Shown: positions 43,476-54,079, counted from the first letter of the stretch. The stretch is DNA of 64,000 nucleotides from Cyanophora paradoxa CCMP329 (GCA_004431415.1 QPMI01000581.1:1-64000), one strand, 5' to 3'. Made by a program: numbers and translations. Notes: generated by a model from the letters alone, not told the origin.

Positions 43476-44321
43476 ATGGCGGCACCTGCACCTCCTGAGC
43501 GTATTTTAACAGCGCAACTTTCATTAGCCGCGCCGGCAAATCACGTATTACAACATGCCGTTATCGATAATGTCGATGGTTTAGAATCTACCGAACTTGC
43601 ACCTACTCTTAATACTTTTGGTGATACGCATAAATTGCGACTGAAAGAGTTAAGATGTGATAAAAACAATGGCATCGTGAAAACTACGAAACTCCTTGTA
43701 ACAAATGCAAACTTTAACGCTTTTTATGGAGATCCCGATAGTTATAATGATGATAACAAGGTTACTAACTTTGCTTATGAATCGAGAAACGGAGCGATTA
43801 AATGTAGATCGGGAGGCGCTTACATTGGTGATGGTCTCAGAGTAGGTGGTATCATTGGAGCGCCTCTATTGGTAAATGACCAACCAAACCCCGACGATGA
43901 GAACACACGAATTAGGACATATTGCCCAGGTATGAATGAACCTTACATTATTAAAATTTACACGATTATTATTAGTTTACAAACAGCGGTAGCCGATGTT
44001 TTAGAACCGTTGGGAAATCATTATAGATATAGAGACACGATACCTGAGGACATTTACGCATTATGTAGAAGAACCGATGGAGCAAGACCACGCCTTACGA
44101 TACATATTATTCCCATAGATAATTTTGGTCAGGCGTTTCACTCAATACCTCTTTTAGATACACAAGATAACCAATTTATAATAAGAGCTACACAACTCGG
44201 AAATTATAGAGTTATTATGTATGCCGAAAGAAACGACGCAATCGCAACAGCTAACCGATTCGGTCAATATCTTAATACCAATCTATACAATCCCGTCGGC
44301 GGTAGCGATCCACAACCATAA
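43476..44321 (+). CDS. Fibre/spike paralog 4, element B
   Basis: Ortholog of 8808..9641. Confidence 0.6.
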   Translation: MAAPAPPERILTAQLSLAAPANHVLQHAVIDNVDGLESTELAPTLNTFGDTHKLRLKELRCDKNNGIVKTTKLLVTNANFNAFYGDPDSYNDDNKVTNFAYESRNGAIKCRSGGAYIGDGLRVGGIIGAPLLVNDQPNPDDENTRIRTYCPGMNEPYIIKIYTIIISLQTAVADVLEPLGNHYRYRDTIPEDIYALCRRTDGARPRLTIHIIPIDNFGQAFHSIPLLDTQDNQFIIRATQLGNYRVIMYAERNDAIATANRFGQYLNTNLYNPVGGSDPQP

Positions 44322-44341
44322 ATCTAAGGTATATATAGGGA

Positions 44342-44614
44342 ATGGATGAAAAAACGAAAAGATTCATTGAGTCTGCTATTATGGTTCATGGTTACAACAA
44401 GTTCGATTACACCGAAACTGTCTATAAAAAGGCGCAAGAGAAGGTATCGGTGAGATGCCTACAATGTAATAAAGTCTTTCAGACTTACGGATTTAATCAC
44501 ATTAAGGGATCGGGTTGCCGACAGTGTTCCAAGAAACATTCTCATGCATACAGAAAAAAGACTACATGGGGAATAGTTATAGAAGAGAGACCGATTATGT
44601 TGTATTTTGATTAA
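44342..44614 (+). CDS. Small Zn-ribbon protein, element B
   Basis: Ortholog of 8513..8785. Confidence 0.7.
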   Translation: MDEKTKRFIESAIMVHGYNKFDYTETVYKKAQEKVSVRCLQCNKVFQTYGFNHIKGSGCRQCSKKHSHAYRKKTTWGIVIEERPIMLYFD

Positions 44615-44800
44615 AGTTTCGAAAGAGAAATGAGCATCTTTCCACATTTACCTTTGGTTATTATACAAGTATCAAAGCAACTCGGACATGTTTTATGATA
44701 ATATACCATTATGATATCGACCAACTCATACGGAAACACTTTCGCTAAGATGGTTCGCATCCTTCTAATTTCGTTTTTAATTTTTCTATATAATTCATAA

Positions 44801-45199
44801 ATGAATCATCGGGGATTTCACGTGATGTTGGATTACAAATTCGGAAAGGAGATCGCGATAGGAATGGAGAGCTTGGAGATCACAACAAGATGGTTAATGC
44901 ATTTTTTACAATCTATTATTCAAGAGCAAGGTATTCGAGTAGTTCACAAGCATTGCGAGATTTTCGATGGTGGTGTTTCGCCACCGGGTTTTGCGATGGT
45001 TCTTCTATTAGATGAAAGCCATTGCACCGCTCATTGTTACTCCGATCAAGGAATGTTAGCAATTGATTTATTCACTTGCGGAACGGAAGCGGAAAGTAAG
45101 ACCTCAGTAATATCACAATTGATAGATGAGAGAATAACAGAGATCTTTTCAGGGTTGGAGAAAGCGGAGAAGCATAGAGTGACGCGATTTCCGAGTTGA
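44801..45199 (+). CDS. speD: S-adenosylmethionine decarboxylase proenzyme family, element B
   Basis: LLDESHCTAHCY; ortholog of 8085..8483. Confidence 0.85.
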   Translation: MNHRGFHVMLDYKFGKEIAIGMESLEITTRWLMHFLQSIIQEQGIRVVHKHCEIFDGGVSPPGFAMVLLLDESHCTAHCYSDQGMLAIDLFTCGTEAESKTSVISQLIDERITEIFSGLEKAEKHRVTRFPS

Positions 45200-45280
45200 T
45201 CTTACTTATAAAACAAAGAATTCATTCTTTTCTTACTATAAATGGTAACAGATAACAAAGGTAACAGATTTATTCTTATT

Positions 45281-45597
45281 TTCAGTAAGGGTAACAGAGG
45301 TAACGGATTTTGCGCAACTTTTTGAAAATCTCGATCTTAGGGGAAAGGTTGGGAAAAATCCGTTACCTCTGTTACCCTCAATTGTTTATCATTAAACAAA
45401 GATTAATTATTCAAGAACTCATTACTTATTATGGTAAGGGTAACAGATTCATTCTTATTTTCAGTAAGGGTAACAGATTTTAATTGAGGTAACGGATTTA
45501 ATCGAGGGTAACAGAGGTAACGGATTTTGCGCAACTTTTTGAAAATCTCGATCTTAGGGGAAAGGTTGGGAAAAATCCGTTACCTCTGTTACCCTCA
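45281..45597. promoter_or_regulatory. Two subterminal copies of the B iteron palindrome
   Basis: Near-identical to 28620-28730. Confidence 0.55.
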
Positions 45598-45654
45598 ATT
45601 AATTGAGATTGATACACCTAAGATACAATGTTTTTACAGTAAAAAACAGAATCC

Positions 45655-46372
45655 AATCTTATCAATTGTTTAATTGGACATAATGCAACTCTGGGGTCAT
45701 TTTTGATACAGTAAAAATCTCAACCGAATCTCATCGATTGTTTAATTGGACATAATGCAGTAACCATCTCTTCCAACAAAATACGCCGCAATCTCATCAA
45801 TTGTTTAATTGGACATAATGCAGTAACCATCTCTTCCAACAAAATACGCCGCAATCTCATCGATTGTTTAATTGGACATAATGCAGTAACCATCTCTTCC
45901 AACAAAATACGCCGCAATCTCATCGATTGTTTAATTGGACATAAGGCAGTAACCATCTAATCCAACAAAATACGCCGCAATCTCAACGATTGTTTAATTG
46001 GACATAATGCAGTAACGAGTGAATTATTTTCATCCGATATTTCATCGATTGTTTAATTGGACATAATGCAGTAACGAGTGAATTATTTTCATCCGATATC
46101 TCATCGATTGTTTAATTGGACATAATGCAGTAACAAGTGAATTATTTTCAACCGATATATCATCGATTGTTTAATTGGACATAATGCAGTAACCATCTCT
46201 TCCAACAAAATATGCTGCAATCTCATCGATTGTTCAATTGGACATAATGCAGTAACGAGTGAATTATTTTCAACCGATATATCATCGATTGTTTAATTGG
46301 ACATAATGCAGTAACGAGTGAATTATTTTCAACCGATATTTCATCGATTGTTCAATTGGACATAATGCAACT
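45655..46372. repeat. Tandem array of ~12 units: 34-bp core with two alternative linkers
   Basis: Core TCATCGATTGTTTAATTGGACATAATGCAGTAAC; 59- and 63-bp periods. Confidence 0.9.
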
Positions 46373-46814
46373 CTGTGTGAATTTTTGCGATTTCCGATAG
46401 AATGGGCGGTGGACTACTTCAATCGTGATTATATCAATCGTGATTATATCATAAATTTATGTTCCTTCAATCGAGATTATATCAAATTTGCATATTAATC
46501 GCGTTTATTACGTTAAAATCACACATAGAGAAACGCGGCGTTTAAACCGGAGGCAAGATCTAATTAAGATCCAGTTATATTATTCGGAAAATTATACAAA
46601 TTCACGATTGATTTAAGTAAGACAAATCGAAATTAAGATAAATTTACCATAGAACATCAATAAATTATAAATGAAATACACAAAAATCAAAATATTTAAA
46701 TAATTCGATAGATTTCACACAGATTATCGATTGATTGATACAAAATATACGAGAGATATAAACAAGATCAATTAAGATACGCCGAGGGTTTAAACGCCGC
46801 GTTTCTCTATGTGT
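46074..46814 (-). repeat. Right TIR of element B
   Basis: Reverse complement of 21501-22241; followed by TSD GTGCTG at 46815-46820. Confidence 0.95.
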
Positions 46815-46820
46815 GTGCTG

Positions 46821-47083
46821 AGCTAATTGCTGATGCCTTCAAATGCTCTAACATGGATAAGGTTGCTGATCGCTATGTCCTTTCAGGATTGCCTTTCTGC
46901 CTTGATGGAGAAAAGGCGATTCGAAATATTGCCCAGTCTGGTTATGTTGATTTAACAAATTCCTCCTCTTCATTCCTCACCCTCTACATGCCTTCAGATA
47001 AGGTAATCGATGTTAATGTTCGCGCTCTCATGCATAGCTTTATTATTGTCGACAAAGACGGATTAAGGCGTATCAATCTTTAG
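46821..47083 (+). pseudogene. Major capsid protein of element A, 3' part
   Basis: ELIADAFKCS...LRRINL matches the MCP C-terminus. Confidence 0.92.
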
Positions 47084-47194
47084 AGTCTACAGTGAAGATT
47101 GTATGTATTCATTGGAGTTTTCTGCAAAAAATGATTTCGTTTTATCTTCTTCTCATCATTTAAAGAGAAGTCATATTTAGAATATAAAAGCAAT

Positions 47195-48136
47195 ATGCTG
47201 CCTCTTACAACTTCAGATTTCATTGAGCGAAGCAAGGGTAAGTATGGAGACAAATTTGGGTATGAGAAAACAGAATACAAAAATGCAAAAACAGTTCTAA
47301 CAGTTACCTGTAACACTTGCCAAAAAGATTTCACATCTTATCCTCACCACCATCTAAAGGGTAATGGAGGTTGTAAGAGTTGCAAAAGTGATCTCTACCA
47401 TAACCTATTTGTAAAGCCAGTCGAGAAGTTCATAGAAGAAGCTCAAGTAATTCATGGTGACAAGTACGATTATTCACAGGTAAAGCAAAATTACAAAAAT
47501 GCGAAAGTGAAGGTAGCAATTACATGTAAGGGTTGTGGAAATGTGTTTCAGCAAGAGCCATATTCACATCTTAGAGGTCGAGGTTGTCGAAAATGTGGTC
47601 ATCAGGAAAAGGGTGCAAAGCTGAGGAGCAATACTTTGGAATTCATCTCAAAAGCAAAGAGCATCCATGGAGACAAGTATGATTATAGTCAAGTTGAATA
47701 TAAAAACAAGTTTAGCATTGTCAAATTGAAATGCAACATTTGCTTGAATGAATTCCAACAGGAAGCAAGAGTACATTTAATGGGAAGTGGCTGCATTGCT
47801 TGCAAAGCTTCTAAAGGAGAGAATGCAATTGCTTCCATCCTCAATAATATTGGCTTAGAGTACGAAAGAGAGTATTCCTTCAAGGACTGCAAGGCTCTAA
47901 GAGTTCTCCCTTTCGATTTCTATATGCCTGCATTGAAAATAGCTATTGAATATGATGGAAAACAACACTTTGAACCTGTTGAATACTTTGGAGGGGAACA
48001 GGATTTTGAGAAACGAAAACTAAAAGATGCTATTAAAACTAGATACTGTGAAGCCAACAACATATTACTCCTAAGAATCCCATACACCGAAACCGATATT
48101 GAGGGCTGCATTAAACAATTCCTATCTAATCTGTAA
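47195..48136 (+). CDS. Zn-ribbon repeat protein with C-terminal Vsr/DUF559-like PD-(D/E)xK nuclease (putative homing endonuclease)
   Basis: Three GDK(Y/F)xY...CxxC...GCxxC repeats; LPFDFY...IEYDGKQHF; absent from B. Confidence 0.82.
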   Translation: MLPLTTSDFIERSKGKYGDKFGYEKTEYKNAKTVLTVTCNTCQKDFTSYPHHHLKGNGGCKSCKSDLYHNLFVKPVEKFIEEAQVIHGDKYDYSQVKQNYKNAKVKVAITCKGCGNVFQQEPYSHLRGRGCRKCGHQEKGAKLRSNTLEFISKAKSIHGDKYDYSQVEYKNKFSIVKLKCNICLNEFQQEARVHLMGSGCIACKASKGENAIASILNNIGLEYEREYSFKDCKALRVLPFDFYMPALKIAIEYDGKQHFEPVEYFGGEQDFEKRKLKDAIKTRYCEANNILLLRIPYTETDIEGCIKQFLSNL

Positions 48137-48196
48137 AACCATAATCAGTAACATTTCATTATTTTTATCTGTCTTTATTTAGAAAGATATACAACA

Positions 48197-48975
48197 ATGA
48201 ATGATTTGGATGAATTTGTGGCTGGTGAAATGATAGAACCACCTTTTAGAGTCCTAGCAATTGGTAAATCAGCAACTGGTAAATCAGAAGCTGTAAAGTA
48301 TTGGCTAAAGCAGTTGCATGATGCCAAAAAGATTGATGTTGTATTAGTTGTGAGTGGGACCAGCTTCAATCATTTCTGGGATAAAGTGGCAACACTGCAA
48401 CTGGGAAAATGGGATGCCCCTTACATTGCTAAATTGCTAGATGAGAGGCAAGAGAAAATAGAAAAGGGTGAACCTGTTAACCAGTTATGTGTAGTTTTAG
48501 ATGATTTAATCGATAATGAGATAGTCGATCTCACAAGGGATAAAATAATCGGATCATTGTATTCCAGAGGTCGCCATTCGAAAATATCCATTATCTGCAT
48601 CACACAAAAGCTAAGGAAAGTCTCTTCGACTATTCGAGTTAATTCGGACTATGCTATGTTTCTCAGTGCTGCAAATCGCAAAGAACTAGAAGCCATAGAG
48701 GAAGAATACAATATAATGCGAAATAAAGAGGATTTTTACAAGATGTTTGAAGAGTATGTTCACTCCTATCAGTATATCATTTGGTCCTCTGCAAACTACT
48801 CAGTTAAATACTATGTAGATAAAGCTGAGCTTGTGAAAGATTTCCCATTTCCTCGCTTCCACAGGAAGCCAAAAAGAAGAGGATGAACTGAAACCACCAG
48901 AAAAAGAGGAAGCCCCAAAGAAGTGAAAAGCCAAGTCCATAGCAATAAATTGATGCGATATAAACGCGGTTTATA
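48197..48975 (+). CDS. A32-like packaging ATPase, element A (frameshift in an A run near the 3' end)
   Basis: GKSATGKS, VVLDD, SRGRH. Confidence 0.92.
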
Positions 48976-49004
48976 AAATTATCTCTCATTCTAATAAAGA
49001 TACA

Positions 49005-49738
49005 ATGCCTCCCAAACGAAAGATAGGGATCCCAGCTGGGGCTGTTGGCTATTCAGGTGGTGGAAACAATGGATCCATTAACACTGAACCACTGAAGTTC
49101 AATGGTATGAATGAGGTGAAGCCCTCACAACAAGAAGAAGACCCTCTTAATGCTGCCTATGAGGAATCAGTCGATGACAAAGCCCACAGGCTTCAACCAG
49201 TGACCAACTCAACATCTCACCAGAAGCCTCAAAAATGAAAGCTGTTGCTGAGGGTGCCAGGCGAATTATTGGGGCTGCTGATGATAAAGGTTTAGGCTTG
49301 CAAGATCTTTCACTGGCTCGCAAAGGTGAAGGTCTTAGTAAGGAATCAGACAAGGTTATTCAGTCTATGGCTGGTGAAGTCACATATAAGACTGCTCCCA
49401 CTCAAAATATTCATCGAATTCCCAAGGCTCAATGGGATGAGATGACTGCTAAACTCAAAGATCTGGAAGCCAAATCAAGTGCCTTGGAGCAGTATGTTAC
49501 TGAGAAGAAAGAGAGAGCCAAGCTAAAGGAGATGCTTCGAAAGGAAGTTTATAAAATGGGCATTACTGGTGTCCCAGATAAACAGTTTATTGCCAAGAAG
49601 GAGAACCAAATCGATGAGCAAGCAGTAGATGAAATGAAAACAAAGACCCAAAAGGGAACCATTGAGCCTGGTGCCACCAAAGCTGAAGTAGAAAAGGGAG
49701 TAGCCCCAACAGTATATAAAAGACGAGTTTGGCTTTAA
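49005..49738 (+). CDS. Conserved hypothetical protein, element A (one frameshift)
   Basis: Two ORFs together match 24522..25253. Confidence 0.75.
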
Positions 49739-49760
49739 TTTTCTCTGTTTTATTAGAGAC

Positions 49761-50033
49761 ATGGATATAATACGAAAGTTTATTGAGATGCTCAGTCTGC
49801 ATGTGGTCAGCAATTGCCACAGTGGATGCTGTGACACAACAATAGAGTTTGAGATGTCAGATAATGAGGATAATGCCTCAGAAGCAAGAGAGAGAAGAAG
49901 ATCAACAGTGTCTGTGGAGTCAATGCCAGCAGACCCCACAGAGTATACATATGAGCAACAGGAGTATCCAAGGAGAAGTTCTCTGCCAGCAGAAAACGTT
50001 TTCTCTGGGAATATAAATGGAGGACACTATTAG
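49761..50033 (+). CDS. Small Cys-motif protein, element A
   Basis: Ortholog of 25277..25525. Confidence 0.7.
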   Translation: MDIIRKFIEMLSLHVVSNCHSGCCDTTIEFEMSDNEDNASEARERRRSTVSVESMPADPTEYTYEQQEYPRRSSLPAENVFSGNINGGHY

Positions 50034-50262
50034 TTTAATCGAGTTTACCAGTGATGAACCTGTTACTGAGGGGTCTATAAGACACATTCTGGCAATGCAG
50101 AAACGATATAGAGAGGACCCAGAATATAGAGAGTATAAAAAGCAGCAAGCCCTGGCATCCTATTATCGCAGAAAAGCCCAAAAAGAGGAGCAGAGACCCA
50201 GAGGGAGACCGATTAAATATTATTTGCCTACTGATAGTAGCAATGGACCCCCAGGTCTATAA
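50017..50262 (+). CDS. Small AT-hook-like protein, element A
   Basis: PRGRP; ortholog of 25733..25969. Confidence 0.7.
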   Translation: MEDTISLIEFTSDEPVTEGSIRHILAMQKRYREDPEYREYKKQQALASYYRRKAQKEEQRPRGRPIKYYLPTDSSNGPPGL

Positions 50263-50349
50263 GATAATTGAGCAAAAGCGGTCTCAGTATGCCACTGAGG
50301 CAGCTATAAAAATATATACAAAGGAATTGGCTTTATACTTGCAATCAAG

Positions 50350-50571
50350 TCACAGATAAGTTTTGTAAATATGCTTTTGTTGTTTTTTGTTTGCATTCTC
50401 AGACACTGAAACAGTAATGTGAATGTTTACTGATCTATTTCTCTTTGGTTTAGCTGCATACATATTGTAACCTATCAATCTCTGTGACATTTCGATATAT
50501 GCCCCTATATCTCCATGCTTTATGCATTTATCTAACTCAGTCATGGTCATCTCATCAAGAGTCTTTGCCAT
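50350..50571 (-). CDS. Small hypothetical protein downstream of the iteron palindrome
   Basis: Likely start MAKTLDEM; positional counterpart of 28796..28978. Confidence 0.45.
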   Translation of the reverse strand: MAKTLDEMTMTELDKCIKHGDIGAYIEMSQRLIGYNMYAAKPKRNRSVNIHITVSVSENANKKQQKHIYKTYL

Positions 50572-50638
50572 TTTGTCTTCACTATACACAATCAAGTAAG
50601 CCTTAAGTATTCTTGTCAAATTTTGGTCATTTTCGATA

Positions 50639-50759
50639 GGTGTGACAGGTGTGACAGGTGTGACAGGTCTATCCCATCGATTTTGAAAATCAACTTTTCA
50701 CCAGGGCTTTCCTTGGGATGGACCTGTCACACCTGTCACACAAACCATTTTCAGTAAGG
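50639..50759. promoter_or_regulatory. Internal iteron palindrome of A, 3' of the helicase gene
   Basis: GGTGTGACA x3 / TGTCACAC x2, as in the TIRs. Confidence 0.55.
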
Positions 50760-50800
50760 CTATAAAAATATATGTAAATCTCAATCATTAATCGTTTTCT

Positions 50801-53126
50801 TTAATATTCGGCATCATCTTCATTGTCTTCCTGAACCCTTGTTATCTTTCGAATCCCAATATATCCTCTGGCAAGAATACCATTAACTCGTTTTCTTTCT
50901 GATTTAACATTGAAGATCTCCCTTACTCTTTTCATAACAGATACACATTCAACTTTATCATCAACACTTTTGTATGATTTGTAAATGATATCACTGGAAA
51001 CAAAGTCGTTAGCATTATGTGTAACCTCGAAATTATCTCGAAGCCATTCACCAATCTTATCATTTTCAGCTATAAAGTTAATTCCCTGTTCAATAATCGA
51101 TTGAGGGGACTTCTTAAGATCTCTTCAACCTCTTTGTTCTTCCACATATCCAGTAATATCTTCATGTGAGCCATCTTATACTCATCATCATTGTGTAGAA
51201 GTGTGAACAGAGTTGGGTCAGCTTTCTTTTGACCAGCTTCTGGCTTCTCTCTGAATATATTATTGAATCTCTGATAGGAAAGTCTTCTTTGAATTGCAAA
51301 GTCTGGTTTATTTATAGTCAAATTGTCATTAGTTGTAATGTAGACCTGAAACATTGGGTAAGGATAACTGGGTCTTTGAACAAGGCTCTCACAGTCATTT
51401 CATTTCCACCTGTGACCTCCTTAATCTTGGAGATCTGCAGTTTATCACCATCTTCAGCCTCATTACTGAATACAAGTCGCTTTCCAAGGAGTTTGGCAAG
51501 TTCAGGAGTAGCCTCTGATGAGTTCTTTTTAGGCTTAGTCCAATAGGATATTTCGAGAGGGCTGTAATAGCGACCAGATATCTGTTTGCAGTATTCCTGA
51601 ACAAGTGATTTACCATTAGCACCAGCACCAGTCCACATATAGAACTTCTGGGATTTAGTTGATCCACTAAGGGCAATTGCAATGGATGCCAGAAGATACT
51701 TTCGCTCTGCTGGATCATCCACAATCTCTTTATAAATCTGATTGAGATGCTCTATTTTCTTGGGGTCTACATTCTCAGTAAAATCATAACCCACACTCTT
51801 GCTCACCATATCTTCCAGTTTACCCTTTCTGAAAGTCATAGTTGTCAGATCAAATACACCATTATCGAATCCAATTACATATGGAACTGTATCAATCTTT
51901 TCATAGAATTCATCATCATTTAGCAGAGGGAGCAGATCAGTCAGAAGGGATTTGCGATATCCTGATTGTTTAAGATTTTTGGCAATAGAAATTAATGTTT
52001 TTGATTTCTCTTCGAAAGCTGTTCTATTCTCTTCATCCTTCAAAGCTCTTTGGCTATAATGCACAGCCCTGCCAAGGTATTGAGGGACAACAAGGCAACT
52101 AATATCTAGGTAAATCTTTTGGTTTGTGTCATCATGCTCCCAAATCCCAGTATCAGTATTGAGTTTGAACCATGACTTTTTGGAGTATCTCCAAGTGTGT
52201 TGTAGGACCTCTTTGCACACAAGACTGACATCATAATGAGCGCCTCCAGAGCCAGCGGATTTATCAATGAGATTGAAGATATCAGATTGCATTCCAATGA
52301 AGATAAATCGTTTTTTGCAATTGCCACTGTAGCTGGACACAATATACTTTTTATCTTCCCCTTTGGCTTTCATAACATACCAGTTATTCGATTCATGTGA
52401 CCCATTGCAGCATGGGCAATTGAGTCCCTTATTAGCAGCATCAAAGTTAAAGCCCAGTTCAGTTTTAGAGATTATATTGGGATGCATAAAGCCCATATCC
52501 ACCAGCTCTTTCATAATACTCTTTTCCAATTCATCATGTGAGGTAGCATTAGCAGTATACTCACTCTTATAGATATAGTTGTCTATAATCCACTTTTTGA
52601 ACTCATCAGTAGGCTCATTGAAATCACAGGTATCATCCCATGGGGCAATCACCCAAGTCTTGTTCACACTAGGACAAACATTGATCAATCCAGAAGTTCC
52701 AGTTCCAGTGATTGTTTTCAGGTCAACCTTTTCAAAGCCTTTAAAGCCTGGAGCCTTATCGGTGATTTTGAGTTTATTGAACTCCTCAGGTCGTTTAAAG
52801 TAGACATGATAGCCTTTTTTAGTTTTTGCCATGGGTTGATTGGCATCAAAGTCATCAGGAAACATATCTCGGAATTTCTCAAAGTCCTCCTCATCATCAA
52901 AGTCAATAACCATCATGTTGTCTGAGAGCAGAATGCCCCAAGATACATACTGATTAGTTGCCAGCGCTTCCTCATACTTTTCCCAGGACCAAGCACCTCC
53001 CTTATGCTTGAAAACTGGGTCTTTGCTGTCAGGTTTCACTGGGATAATCATGTTTTTGGCAAGTTCCTCATCAGAACGAAGCCAGTTAGCGAGCGATTTA
53101 AGCGATTTAGTTTGTTTGGCGTTCAT
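50801..53126 (-). CDS. Primase-polymerase / D5 SF3 helicase, element A (frameshifts in the 3' part); inverted relative to B
   Basis: GAGANGKS, VFSNE; collinear with 26176..28527. Confidence 0.9.
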
Positions 53127-53338
53127 TTTCAGCGATTGGGGGTCCCTTTTATATATATAGAAGATTTTTCTTTAAGTAGTTTTGGGTCCCCCAATCATTT
53201 TTTGTTGGAAATCGAGAAAGTATCCCTACGAAATTTATCCACATGATATATCGAGTGGTTCAGATACAAAAACGATAAAGTAGTATTTCAGCGAATAAAC
53301 AGCATATCCCAGCCTAGTAATATGCTGGGAAAAATAAT

Positions 53339-53593
53339 TTAGACATGTTTCAATTTTCTCCCTCGATTTGAGTAAGGGACATCATACAAATACTTGACAA
53401 AGCAGACTGCATTGGCTGCATACTTTCGCTGACATGAACTTGCTATTTTCATGGCTCTATAAGTATCATCAGTGTTATATAGATCTCTAAGCTGTGTGGC
53501 TATTTTTTCGTTAAACTTTTTTATTTGAGCCTTACCTTTTTCAGTTTGCTGGTATCTCTTCATAGCTCTCTTCTGGGCTTCACTGAGTGGCAT
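53339..53593 (-). CDS. Small basic hypothetical protein
   Basis: 84-aa ORF preceded by AAAAAATGATTTAAAGA motif. Confidence 0.6.
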   Translation of the reverse strand: MPLSEAQKRAMKRYQQTEKGKAQIKKFNEKIATQLRDLYNTDDTYRAMKIASSCQRKYAANAVCFVKYLYDVPYSNRGRKLKHV

Positions 53594-53649
53594 TTTTCCT
53601 CTGTCTCTCTTAATATATATAGAGAATTCTTTAAATCATTTTTTGTTGC

Positions 53650-53967
53650 TCAGCTAAATGTAATTGTTTCAACATCACATGCATTGTAGTCCAGAATGTT
53701 GAACAAGGTGAACTCTGGATACTGTAATGTGTTTCTACAAAATGGGCATTTTGTATTCCCGACTATTTCCTCTTGCTGTTTCATACACCCTATACAGATT
53801 GTCTTGAAGCACTGATCACACACAAACTGATCATAGCTAGTCTCATCACATTTACATAAACTGCATAGAATTCGTTTATACTCTGAGTTTTCACAGGTTT
53901 CATTTCTTTCTCTAATGGTTTTTACGATTGCTGGAATATTAAGCGTTCTTTGACTCTCTTGGTTCAT
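53650..53967 (-). CDS. RING-finger-like protein
   Basis: CSLC...CDQC...CIGC...CPFCR; likely start MNQESQ; only in A. Confidence 0.7.
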   Translation of the reverse strand: MNQESQRTLNIPAIVKTIRERNETCENSEYKRILCSLCKCDETSYDQFVCDQCFKTICIGCMKQQEEIVGNTKCPFCRNTLQYPEFTLFNILDYNACDVETITFS

Positions 53968-54079
53968 TCTTGCTATTTGGCTTCTATATATATACAATAT
54001 AAAATTTCCTTTAAGTATTTTCGCGTTTGGACTATCCCCATTTAAAACCTCTCCTTTTATTAGGAACAAGTTAGGAACA

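Larger units (their letters stand above)
21501..46814 (+). mobile_element. Element B: 25.3-kb Polinton-like virus inserted into A's MCP gene
   Basis: 741-bp TIRs, 6-bp TSD, intact MCP, ATPase, helicase, pPolB and integrase ORFs. Confidence 0.97.

Noticed and set aside
45720-45956. 78-aa repetitive ORF
   Set aside because: Translation of the 63-bp tandem repeat
45655-46372. CRISPR array
   Set aside because: Linkers are two recurring variants rather than unique spacers, there are no cas genes, and the array is part of a TIR
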